Positions 26,313 through 37,003 of a DNA stretch of 64,000 bases are shown piece after piece; within the stretch, counting starts at the first letter, position 1, and the number at the start of each line of letters is the position of its first letter. Source of the DNA: Tetramitus jugosus (taxonomy: Eukaryota; Protista; Heterolobosea). The DNA is taken from the NCBI GenBank assembly GCA_937625935.1, contig OW569346.1:620001-684000 (forward strand), given 5' to 3'. A model generated the notes under the pieces. That model saw only the letters and a program-made list of their open reading frames with translations. It was not told the DNA's origin and searched no databases. A program made the position numbers and the translations under genes.

Positions 26313-28088
26313 ATGTCCGATCACAAAAAACAACAGAAAATCAGAAAAAGATTGTTAAGAGCAACCATGAACCCAATGAACAACACCAAACGACAAAGGA
26401 GAAAGAAGGAATGGCTTCTCCTCGAGTGCAAATCCGCTGCTGCCAATGAAGACAATACAAGCACAACAACGACTACAATCACATCATCCCTTCAACAATC
26501 CACGAAATCATCACCCTTTGCTGTTTTTCCAAGTGAGATCATATCGAACATTCTCAGTTTTCTCCTGTTTCGACTGAATCGATACATTAGTCGCATATTT
26601 TCCAAATCACACTACAACAACAACAACAATAACAATATCAATGGTCGTCACTCTTACATCAGTGATCACGATGGATTGCGTCATATCGAATCTCAATTGT
26701 ACAAGCTCCTATTTGGGTCAGTGCAGTCTCAAAAATCAACTCCTACTCTTTTGATTGCACCTCCAACACTCTCCACCACCACCACCACCACCAACAACAA
26801 CAAGAGTACGAGCAATTGTCGAGACTATTTTAGTCTGTGGAGTCACATTGATCTCAGCATAAAATCATGCTATCAATTGGATCAACAAGAGGATTTATCA
26901 GTAGAGCAATTATTGGTTCTGTCATCGTGTCTTCGAAATCAATCATCCATCAATCTCAGAGGACACATTCACTTTAATGATTATTGTGTGACTGTTCTCA
27001 TGAAAAACAATCCTCAATTGCAATTTTTGGATTTACAGTCGACACAAGTGGATTACGAAGGCATCAAATCCATTTTACTCACCAAGGCACACTCACCAAT
27101 AGCTGATTCATCATCATCATCCGTAGAAGATGCAACAATGTCAAAATCCAATTCTATCGTACCGTTGAAGCGTGCCATGTTTCAACACACTCATATTCTC
27201 AAGACACTAAAGTTGAGTCGATTGAGTAGAGCTCCATTAACAGAAGCCAATGTAACCATATTCAAATACTGCAGGAGTCTAGTACACTTGGAATTGTCGA
27301 ACAATGGTCTTCATCTCAATGAGGTGAAGAAGCTCATTTGTTATCCGAATGTAGGAACAGAGGAGACGCATGATAAGTCGATTGTGATGGAACCGTTGCC
27401 TGCCATCATATCACCATCGCTGGGCAGCAGTAGCGAGTCAATCTCCTACAAGCAATTCACAAAATTGAATCTGAGTTGCAACACAATTACAGACGAAGGT
27501 GCAAAGGTGTTGTCCATGTGTTCTTCTCTCAAGGTGCTAATATTGGAGGATTGTGGTCTGGGCAATGATGGAATGAAGCATTTATTGGAGATTGATCCAG
27601 AATCATCCGCATCTCCCTATCACAGACTCACAAATTTGACCAAGTTGAATGTGAGTCATAATAGACCTGCTACGGGAGTCATGTCTGATGAGGGATTAGC
27701 TCCAATTGTTGATCACAAAACTCTCAAACACTTGATATTGAGCGACAATAACTTTGGAGATGCAGTCGCGAATTATCTGAGTGCAAATTCTGTACTGGAA
27801 TACATCAATCTGGATCACACAAAGCTGACATATGTTGGTGTCGGTCGAATTTTGATGGGTGATGATCCTCCTCCAATCAAACCTGCAGAAGCAGCAGAGG
27901 CCAATAAGAAGGAGCTTGTTTTCAAGTCCAATGTGATGAACACTCTTAAAAAGTTGAATATTCGCTTCATACAGGCAACGAGAGAGGAAGTGGTCAAGTT
28001 GCACTCTGCTCTGAGACAGCACCAACAAAAGGAAGAGACTGCTGGCAAAACATGTTATCCTCAATTTAAGATTTTAGCATACACGTAG
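26313..28088 (+). CDS. F-box/LRR (RNI-like) protein
   Basis: F-box-like FAVFPSEIISNILSFL followed by LxxLxLSxNxI repeats. Confidence 0.82.
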   Translation: MSDHKKQQKIRKRLLRATMNPMNNTKRQRRKKEWLLLECKSAAANEDNTSTTTTTITSSLQQSTKSSPFAVFPSEIISNILSFLLFRLNRYISRIFSKSHYNNNNNNNINGRHSYISDHDGLRHIESQLYKLLFGSVQSQKSTPTLLIAPPTLSTTTTTTNNNKSTSNCRDYFSLWSHIDLSIKSCYQLDQQEDLSVEQLLVLSSCLRNQSSINLRGHIHFNDYCVTVLMKNNPQLQFLDLQSTQVDYEGIKSILLTKAHSPIADSSSSSVEDATMSKSNSIVPLKRAMFQHTHILKTLKLSRLSRAPLTEANVTIFKYCRSLVHLELSNNGLHLNEVKKLICYPNVGTEETHDKSIVMEPLPAIISPSLGSSSESISYKQFTKLNLSCNTITDEGAKVLSMCSSLKVLILEDCGLGNDGMKHLLEIDPESSASPYHRLTNLTKLNVSHNRPATGVMSDEGLAPIVDHKTLKHLILSDNNFGDAVANYLSANSVLEYINLDHTKLTYVGVGRILMGDDPPPIKPAEAAEANKKELVFKSNVMNTLKKLNIRFIQATREEVVKLHSALRQHQQKEETAGKTCYPQFKILAYT

Positions 28089-28153
28089 GAGAAGCATACT
28101 GGACAACAGTGATATAGAAATATCAACGATCTTGAGAGCTAAAAACATTATCT

Positions 28154-30481
28154 TTAGCTCTCAAGATCGTTGACGCTACTTGGTGTTAGTACTGTATCGG
28201 GTGTTGTGCTCGAATAGGCCGGAATATCTAGCTTCGTAATAAATGAGTCTGTCCATTCATCCAAATTTGATGGTATGGTCTTGTCCCACAATGTCATTGT
28301 TTTGTACACGCATCTCAACCATGCACCAGGGGATGCGACCTTTGCGTTGATATCCTTCAACCTCTTACGTAACTCCTTGTCAGATGTCACAAACATACAA
28401 TAGTCAAGCATCTTGAGCTGCTTGTGCTGCATCGCAATCGAAACAATTTGGTCGTCGGCTGACTTAAAATCAGGAATAGCACTTGTCGAAGTAAATGATT
28501 TCTCAAAGCCAATGAGTGCAGATGTGTTGGCAGTTTTGTCGTAGCACACCTGAGTGACCAACAGATTGGATTTGTTGTGGAATTCAAGCGCAATCGCATT
28601 CAATAAAAGCTCAGTATTGTGTCTTGTGTTTCTCTTGCATGAGTACTTGCGGAATGTGCTGCATATAAACAACATGTTATTACCATCGAGATACACATAT
28701 TTGATATTTTGCGGCCAATTCTTTGTCATGTCATAATCATCCGTTTTAATCAACTCCTTCTCTAATCGTTTCTGCTCCTTTGCAATCTTCATCTCTTCCT
28801 TCTTCAACTCCTTCTCAATTCTCTTTTGTAGTTTTTGTTTCTCTTTCTCCAATTGTTCTAGTTTCTTCTGCTCCATTCTTCTTTCTTTTTCTTCCTTCTT
28901 TGCTTGTATTCTCGCTTTTTTAGCTAGCTTTTTCTTTCTGTTTCGACGGTTGGTTGAGCTCTCTGAGCTGCTCACAGACATGTCATCCATGGATAAATAA
29001 TCTTCATTCTCTTCCGATTGTTTCGATTTCTTCATCGGTTCTCCAACAGTGATAGAGTTTTCGTTTCCATTATATTGTTGTTCACTACTTATCGTATTAC
29101 TCTGCTTGCCTTGCTGGTTCAGAAGAGGAGGAGTGGCAACATCGCAAACCTTTGATAGATCAGCACTACTGCCACTACCAACACCGCCACCATTCATTTG
29201 ACCACTGTGAAAGCTAGAGTTTGGTGAATAATAGGGCATTCTACGGTAGTGCAAACTAGCATCAGTCATCGTACTCGTTGTTCCGCTCAAAATTGTTGAA
29301 CAAGTGTGTTCGTCCGTCACAATTCCACTCTGGACATCCTCTGTCGAAATATCATAGTTTGTCGCACTTGTCATGACACTATCAGTGTCACTCGTCGTGG
29401 AGTCAGTATCAGAGGAGACACTATTGGATCGTTTATGTTGAGATTTGTTATTATTATTGATGGTAGTAGTGGAGGATGAGGCAGTGGATGATGAAGTGGA
29501 TGGACTAGCTGTATCATTCAACAAACTATTGTTCTCAAACGTTTCAAATTCAGAGTATGGAGAGTGATGATCATGTCCGTGATGATGATGGTGGTGATGT
29601 GGATGATGATGATGATTGTGATGAAAGCGATGATGAGGCGATGACAGGTAATGTGGGTGATGATGATGATGGTGCGGCGAGTGATGATTGTAATGATGAC
29701 GATTACCCGGATGATAGTGATGGTGGGGATGTGGGTGACCATGGTACTGTGGGTGATGAGAATGAACATTATTTTGTTGTTGTTGTTGTTGTTCAATGAC
29801 TGATGATGATGGTGGTGGTGGTAGTGGTGGTGATGAGATTGTTGTTAATGGAGAGGAAACGACGGGAGAGGATGGTGATGATTTCTGTCCAGTCACCGCA
29901 CCACTAATTGGAGAGGACGAAGAAGAAGGAGCAGTCGTAACAGAAGTTGTTATTGTTGATGATGGCGAAGGTCCATTTGACAGAAGAGTTGCTGTCGTAG
30001 TCGTAGTAGCAGCGGCAGCAGCAGTACTACTTGAAGAGGATGATTTGTTCACTGATCGATCAGAGATTGTGAGTCTGAGTAGTGGATAGGAGATGGCTGG
30101 TGAAGACAATGAAGAAGATGATGTCGATGAGGATGATGAGGATGAAGATGGTGAGAGTGATGATTGTCGATTGTTCATTCGCTGTTGAACTTGAATGGCC
30201 ATCAACAATTCTTCTTCACTGCTGACCGTAATAAAATCACCTTCATCGTCTTCATATTCTATTCTGAATGGTTCTTGTTGTTGCTGTTGTTGTTGTTGTT
30301 GTTGTTGTGAGTGACGGTTTGCTGGAGATGATGCGAAATTAAACAAGATTTCAATTTGGTGCTTCAAGTTTTGATAAATGATATCCGTTTCGACTTTGAC
30401 AAGGAAGCGACGTCGAGTGGATCCATACACAGCCTTGACCTCGATATGAGAATAGGGTACAATCATCGTATATTGATGCAT
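28154..30481 (-). CDS. PB1-domain protein with a low-complexity middle and a C-terminal NYN/YacP-like PIN nuclease domain
   Basis: N-terminal VKAVYGSTRRRF...IEYEDDEGDFITVSSEEEL (PB1 with OPCA motif); poly-Q/S/H; K/E coiled coil; C-terminal YLDGNN, SADDQI and VTSDKEL. Confidence 0.78.
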   Translation of the reverse strand: MHQYTMIVPYSHIEVKAVYGSTRRRFLVKVETDIIYQNLKHQIEILFNFASSPANRHSQQQQQQQQQQQEPFRIEYEDDEGDFITVSSEEELLMAIQVQQRMNNRQSSLSPSSSSSSSSTSSSSLSSPAISYPLLRLTISDRSVNKSSSSSSTAAAAATTTTTATLLSNGPSPSSTITTSVTTAPSSSSSPISGAVTGQKSSPSSPVVSSPLTTISSPPLPPPPSSSVIEQQQQQQNNVHSHHPQYHGHPHPHHHYHPGNRHHYNHHSPHHHHHHPHYLSSPHHRFHHNHHHHPHHHHHHHGHDHHSPYSEFETFENNSLLNDTASPSTSSSTASSSTTTINNNNKSQHKRSNSVSSDTDSTTSDTDSVMTSATNYDISTEDVQSGIVTDEHTCSTILSGTTSTMTDASLHYRRMPYYSPNSSFHSGQMNGGGVGSGSSADLSKVCDVATPPLLNQQGKQSNTISSEQQYNGNENSITVGEPMKKSKQSEENEDYLSMDDMSVSSSESSTNRRNRKKKLAKKARIQAKKEEKERRMEQKKLEQLEKEKQKLQKRIEKELKKEEMKIAKEQKRLEKELIKTDDYDMTKNWPQNIKYVYLDGNNMLFICSTFRKYSCKRNTRHNTELLLNAIALEFHNKSNLLVTQVCYDKTANTSALIGFEKSFTSTSAIPDFKSADDQIVSIAMQHKQLKMLDYCMFVTSDKELRKRLKDINAKVASPGAWLRCVYKTMTLWDKTIPSNLDEWTDSFITKLDIPAYSSTTPDTVLTPSSVNDLES

Positions 30482-30869
30482 TTCGGTCTTGTGCTGTTTC
30501 TTGTCCTTTGTGTTTTTCTTTGCGCCTCTATTTTTCTTGTTCTGGTCCGGCCAAGCGGCCAGTATGGGTATTCCTGCAACTCCGCCACTCTTTTTAGATT
30601 GGCAGGAGAAACTCTTGCGGAGTAAAGTATCCCGGGACACACGAAAAAAGCGACTGTATTTCCAACAAAACACAAATAACGACGAGGTGCCTTGCGTGAC
30701 CGAAGAGAAGAAGAATCACCATTCGCCTAATGACCTTTTGACAACAACTCAATCATCATTTTTCACAACAACAAATCATCATCTTTTACAAATAATCCTA
30801 TCTATCTATTGATAAATTTGATCCATCATTTCCTCCTCCTAGAAACTAAAATCATTGGAGATAAATAGA

Positions 30870-33800
30870 ATGGACTCTCAACACTCGGGTCACTTATCCG
30901 AACTCATTGTTTGTTACAATGAACTGTTGAAGGAGCAAGGTTTGTTTGATAGGTCTCAAAATGCGAATCATCTGCGTCGATCATTATCATTGGCCATCTA
31001 TCTGGTTCAGAGGAGTGATTTTTCTAATGCGAGAACAGCTTTTGTGAAATCTGCAGAGTTGGTTGATTCATTATGCTCTGAATTAACATCTCTTACGATT
31101 ACAGTGAACAACAACAGCAGTAGTAGCAGTAGTAATAGTAATAATGTTAATAGTAGTGGTAGTAGTGGTGGTGGTGGTGTCACTATTGTGCCTGCACAAG
31201 CCAAGAGATTGAAGGTTGAAGTTTTGCGATTGTACGAGAGAACTTTGATCGTTATTGAAGATATAAACACTATTTTGCAACAGTCCAATCAAGAAGTCAG
31301 TCTCATGACAAATGATAAATCAAAATCAAAGTGGCATAACATTGCACGAGAAACACTAGAGAAGCGAAGCAGCGTTATGAGTCCTAATCCACAACCATCA
31401 ACAGCTGTCGTTGATTCCTCTTCTACTGTTACAGATTCTATTCATACTATGAATGGACGAGAAACCACGGTGCATCAGCAAGCATACGATAGTCATTCGT
31501 TGAATCGTGTGAAGCCTGTTTCGCAATCACCAGAGGTCGCTACTAATTCAAATAATGCAATTCCAAGCGTTGCGTCGAGTCACTACCCGGTTGTGAGTCA
31601 AACTCCTTCCCTGTCATCAGTACAGACGACAGGGAATAAATCAAGACTCAAGAGGTTTATTCATCGAGTGAAATCTGGTGTTAAGCATCCTCATCAAGTG
31701 CCACAACAATCCAATCCTCTGTCTGTCTCTGGAACTATACAACAGCAGACCACTTCGAAGAATGATGTTCAAAATTTACAGCAGAGACTAGCTTCTATCA
31801 TGTCGAATGGTTGCAGTTCGTCACAAACAACTGACGCATCTCAAAAGTCTTCCATATTGAATGTACAGAATTTGGGAAAGTTAACACTGTTGGATTTGAA
31901 CGAAAAATTGGTCGCTATACGAGGCTCAAACTCTTCTGTATTGACGGCATTGTCAGTGCTGTATCAGAAGGCATCATTACAAGATGCTGAGAATATTCAC
32001 AAACAAATGGAAGAGTTCAAAAACAAAAAAGTTGGTGTTAGTGGAAAAGAGGCGGATTCATTCAATAGAATAGAGTGCGAGATATATTATCAATTGCGAA
32101 GAATCGTGTATGAGTTGAACTGTTCAGAAATTGGTCCTGAATCTTCAAAGGTGACAAAAAGTGATTCATATGCCAGTGACTCAAGCCCAATACTTGTACA
32201 GTATGCTCAATCACTCAATATTGACGAATTGACGCGTCACGTACTCTACTTTAAATTCTTGGCAGACAAATTTGAACACACGTACTATCATCTCTCTAGT
32301 TCCTTAGATACACTGAAAGTGATTTTGTCTCTAATTCAAAATCAGAAAATTGTTCGACGTGATAGTTCAATATTTGGAATAGTGGAATCTGTTGGAGAAG
32401 CGTTTATCGCAAAGTGTCGCAAAAAAATAATTGATTTGAGTTTCTTTTTTGGGCAACTTAGTTTCTCCACATCGACCAACGATTATAGTGAAGATAGAGG
32501 TTTAGATTGTTTAGATATATTATTACAATGTGTGAATATTGTACTTACAGTTAAGGAGAGTATTGGTTGTCCTTCATCGATGACGTTGCCTCAGTTGTTA
32601 TCAAACTGGGTTGAAATGTCGATCGAAAAATTATTTAGGATCAATAATGAAGAAACATATAATTTATTGACTGAGAAAAATCAACAGAAGGGTATCGTCT
32701 TCGATGGCACTATCATTCTATACCAATGTGAATTTGTAATAGCTGGATCGACGAATCTGCATACGAGGTTTAATTCTCTCCTTTCGAAACATTTGGATAC
32801 TTCATTCATACAACTGGTTTGCAAATCATTGCATGACAGTTTAACGAAGCAGATCGAAAAATTTGTTTCGCAAGTGGATCGTCATCAAATTGCTGAGATG
32901 AAGGATAAATTGAAAGGATCACAGGCGAAAGCAATTGATTTTAAGATTCCGCTTGCACTATTCCAACGCATGTGTCAGTCAATCAACAAAGCGTTCAGCC
33001 ATTTTATTCTATATCACCAGGATCTGGATTCATATCCCTTGCACAGTCGTTTCTACCCTATCATACAGCGTTGTATCGCGTATCAAACTTCGGGTCGTTT
33101 GCAAAACATGTGTTGGAGGGCAATAGAAAATGATATGATGACTCAGCCGTATGAACCATCCGTATTATATACGAAATCATGTGTCGAAGTTGTAAATGGT
33201 TGCTTTGAGTTGCTTGGTATAGTTGCTGACATTGAGAGTCTGGTTCATGACCGTAATCAGCTGAATAGGAGTCTTTTATCAGACTACTTTAGTGTGGTAC
33301 ATTCAATAATATCAATATTTCTCAATCACACATCGACGCAATTTAGGAACATTTTGATGAGTCCTAATGAAGAAAATAGCCTAATACGAACCATGAATGA
33401 CAAAATTCGAGCTGCGTGCTCATATTTTAACAATATTAATGGAATCTTCACATTGTGCAAGTCACGTCTGACTAAGTTTAACAATACGACATTTATGCAA
33501 ATTTATATGAAAAAACGATCAAGCCAAGATTCAATAGATGAAGATTTTGAGGATGACACCTTATTAGATTCATTTGATAATGCTCCAGTCGATGTTTTTG
33601 ATTTGGGTGGAGTTCAATCGTTGATGACGGAACTACAGACAACATCTAATTCCATTGCCTTATTTTTCGCTCAATTTATTTTTGTGAACAACGAGAAGAA
33701 ACTGCATGCCTTATTCAAGCATTTTGATGATAATGTGTTGCAGGATCTCCTCATGTCTCTTGACAGATTTTTTATGGTTACTTCTGAATTCTTGTACATT

Positions 33801-34452
33801 GAACAACTACACGAGGTACTCAAGCATTTATATGTAATTTATATACAGGTATGTGGCAGTTGACTCGTGTTCAACCATTGTCAGACAACTAACAGCATTA
33901 TTGCTTTAGAAATTACTTGACTGGGTTTTAGCTCCAAGAAACTCGTCCACTCTCTCTGCTTCACTCCATGCTTTTATTAGAGGAAACTCGAGCGAAGATG
34001 TCCGCTGTAAGGTATCCTCGCAATGCTTAAAACCGTTGCAGGAGTTATTCTATGCCAATGGAGAGGGCTTAGCCGAATCATTTCTATCTCAGCACAGTCG
34101 ACCACTTCAAATAGTCATCAGTATCTTTAATGACGATACTGCGGTCTTAATTGAGCTCTATACGAAGCTAACGACTTTGGAGCCTCTCTTAGCTACTGTC
34201 GGTGCTATGGATACAATCCACTCCTCGACTGATACTGCAAGTGATTCAATCTCTGTTGCCAGTAGCGATTCGTCTTCCAGTAGTTTGTCCTCGATTGTAT
34301 TAATGCAGATGATTCAGCAACAAATATCGAATCAACAACTCTCACTCAACGAATTGATAAAACCGGACTATATATTGGTGCTTTTAGGGAACAGAAGAAG
34401 TGACAAGGAGGCGAGAAGCTTTGTCAAATCTGTCGTCAAACACAAGAGGTAG
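30870..34452 (+). CDS. MUN/Munc13-homology (CATCHR-like) tethering protein, 2 exons
   Basis: Intron 33849-33909 joins the ORFs in frame. Helical body with RAIEND...YTKSCV; C-terminal FYANGEGL and LLGNRRSDKEARSFVK resemble MHD2. Confidence 0.62.
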
Positions 34453-34496
34453 ATTCGAAATGTGATTGAGTTGTAGACGATATTGATTTACGGCTT

Positions 34497-35144
34497 CTAG
34501 GGAGAAAATAGTGGGCTATGCTTTTTGGGAGGTGCAGGATCGTAGCCTGAAGTGCTATTAGGAGAGTTTTGAGTTATTGGGCATTGCCGCAGTTCAGACA
34601 GTTTCTGCAAGGACTCAATCAACTCTTGCACAGCCGCATCCTTCGTAGATTTGATGGGAGTGATTGAGATTTCGCTGTGGACTGTCGGTTTATGCCTTCT
34701 TTTTTCCAAGTGGTACAATTTCTCATTGATGTGCTCCATTTCGTCCTGCTGATCATCTTGATACACCTCTATCCGTCGTTCCATTTGTTTCGGATAGAGC
34801 GAAGAATGGAGCACATCAGAATTTTTGCACTTTGTCTTATGGAAGGAGTGCAAGCTGAAACAACCAGGCTTTAATGAGTTTTGATTATCTGGCAATAAAC
34901 GACCTGTGTATTGTACACCATTGGTAGGGCTTCTCTTTCTCGAGTTTCTGATGTGATACCGGTTGTGATTCGAGTCGTGTGTCCATGAAGAAATGTCCAT
35001 GTTGTTTTCCTTGTCGATTATTGATGAAGGAAAGTTGTTCATCTCGTTGCTACAACTTGATGGTTCTCTCAGAGATGATCCACGAGTTTTGTTGATTTGT
35101 TTTCCTCTTCTATTCTCATTCATATCCATCTCGCAAGGTTGCAT
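34497..35144 (-). CDS. Hypothetical, largely disordered protein
   Basis: ~215-codon ORF filling the gap between two genes; no recognisable domain. Confidence 0.5.
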   Translation of the reverse strand: MQPCEMDMNENRRGKQINKTRGSSLREPSSCSNEMNNFPSSIIDKENNMDISSWTHDSNHNRYHIRNSRKRSPTNGVQYTGRLLPDNQNSLKPGCFSLHSFHKTKCKNSDVLHSSLYPKQMERRIEVYQDDQQDEMEHINEKLYHLEKRRHKPTVHSEISITPIKSTKDAAVQELIESLQKLSELRQCPITQNSPNSTSGYDPAPPKKHSPLFSP

Positions 35145-35244
35145 GTTCTTCTTGTAGAAACGTGATCCGAAGAAAAAAATAGCGCGAAAACAAAAAAAGA
35201 AGAACCGAAAAAGAAAGAGTTGTTTGTTTGAGCTCACAAAAGCC

Positions 35245-36924
35245 ATGACTTCCAACTCTCATACTGCACTCATCACGCCTATAAAAACAACTCAAGAAAG
35301 TAATGTCCTGCACCACAATCACTCGTCGTCACAATCACCATCATCTACATCATCATCATGGCTGCCCAACAACAACAACAACAATAACAACAACAACATC
35401 CAAAAGGATCAATCACAAAAACTGATCCTTCTCACTCCTGTAAACAAATCCAAACTAAAAAGGCAATTGTCCCAGTTTCGAGATCATTTGACACTCCAGA
35501 GGCATAAGCTCACTCTATTCTCACAACCCATCTCAACCATGTCCTACTTTGCTCAAGAGTGTAGAATTCAATTGATTCGTCTCATTCAATTCTGTCTCGT
35601 GCGTCACTTGTTGTGGACAGTTCTGTCCTTGTCATTGGTTTCACTTGTTGTTTCACTGAGGTACATTCGAGGTGCTCATCAAGCACTATTCATCTCGTAT
35701 TGGAATTCAGGTTATGTTGCACTCGAGTGGATCGTGTTGGGTGTGTTGAGCTCTGTTGGACTGGGCACTGGACTGCACACGTTTCTATTGTACTTGGGCC
35801 CATTTATTGCCAAGGTAACAATGGCTGCCAATGAATGCGGAGGTGTGAATTTTGATCTGTATGGATCGAGTGCCTTCCTTTGTAACAATCACCAGACAGA
35901 GACTACTGTGTCATTGTCGAGTCAATTTGCTCCCTCATTCTGGACCATTGTTCAAAAAGTTCAGTTTGCTGCTCTCTGCTGGGGATTAGGCACAGCGATC
36001 GGTGAATTACCGCCTTATTTTGTTGCTCGTGCAGCCCGGTTGGCTGGAAAGATGCAGGAGAGTGTAGAAGACGAGGATTTCGATTCAGATATCGATAATG
36101 ATGAAGAGGACAGTAGAGAGAGAACGGTGGAGGAGGACTCAACGGGTGATTTGACACCCTTGACACCACCTGCATCACCATTATTCGATACAGGTGCACC
36201 TCGAAAACTAAGCTTTGTGATGGACCAAACAATTACGAACAGAAAACATCAGCAATCGAATTCTGGCCAATCAAAAAAACGGAGCAAGGAACCACAAGAT
36301 GTCGTGCATCCACACGTTGGGGAATGCTCAAAGGAAAATCAAAGTTTGCGATCTCGATTCTCGCCGAGTGCCATTGTTCAGTCAATGACCCTGAAGATCA
36401 AACCCTATTTAACATATCTGATTCAGCACTATGCATTTGTGGCTATACTAATATTATCTTCGATCCCTAATCCACTCTTTGATCTCGCGGGTATTACATG
36501 TGGTTATTCATTGATTCCGTTTTGGACCTTTTTCGGTGCAACGATATTGGGGAAGGCTGTATTGAAAGCTCACTTGCAATCATTTCTGGTTGTTGTTGTT
36601 TTTAGCAAAAAGACGTTAGAATGGATCATCAATGAGGTGGACTATCATCTACCACAAAAGTTACAGGGCAAAATGTCCCAATTTTTTGAGAATGAGCGAA
36701 AGCGATTCCACCCCGAACACTCTTCCACCTCGAATCAGTCGCAAACATCTGTGTTCAAACTTTTGTGGGATATTCTATTGTGCAGTATGATTGCTTATTT
36801 CGTTGTCTCGATTATTAACTCGACAGCACAAACCCGAGTTATGCAAGAGCACAAAAAGGAGATGAAAGATTTCAAAGAAAAGACAAAGAGTGCGATCATC
36901 CAAGATCAGAATTCGAAAACGTAA
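35245..36924 (+). CDS. VMP1: Vacuole membrane protein 1 (DedA superfamily)
   Basis: LGVLSSVGLGTGLHTFLLYLGP, WGLGTAIGELPPYFVARAA and SIPNPLFDLAGITCG signatures. Confidence 0.95.
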   Translation: MTSNSHTALITPIKTTQESNVLHHNHSSSQSPSSTSSSWLPNNNNNNNNNNIQKDQSQKLILLTPVNKSKLKRQLSQFRDHLTLQRHKLTLFSQPISTMSYFAQECRIQLIRLIQFCLVRHLLWTVLSLSLVSLVVSLRYIRGAHQALFISYWNSGYVALEWIVLGVLSSVGLGTGLHTFLLYLGPFIAKVTMAANECGGVNFDLYGSSAFLCNNHQTETTVSLSSQFAPSFWTIVQKVQFAALCWGLGTAIGELPPYFVARAARLAGKMQESVEDEDFDSDIDNDEEDSRERTVEEDSTGDLTPLTPPASPLFDTGAPRKLSFVMDQTITNRKHQQSNSGQSKKRSKEPQDVVHPHVGECSKENQSLRSRFSPSAIVQSMTLKIKPYLTYLIQHYAFVAILILSSIPNPLFDLAGITCGYSLIPFWTFFGATILGKAVLKAHLQSFLVVVVFSKKTLEWIINEVDYHLPQKLQGKMSQFFENERKRFHPEHSSTSNQSQTSVFKLLWDILLCSMIAYFVVSIINSTAQTRVMQEHKKEMKDFKEKTKSAIIQDQNSKT

Positions 36925-37003
36925 AACTCTTCATGCTGACTACGCATTGGATAAATAAAGGAAAACACCAGTTGTATTCATTTTTCGAAGACAAAACACG
37001 AGT

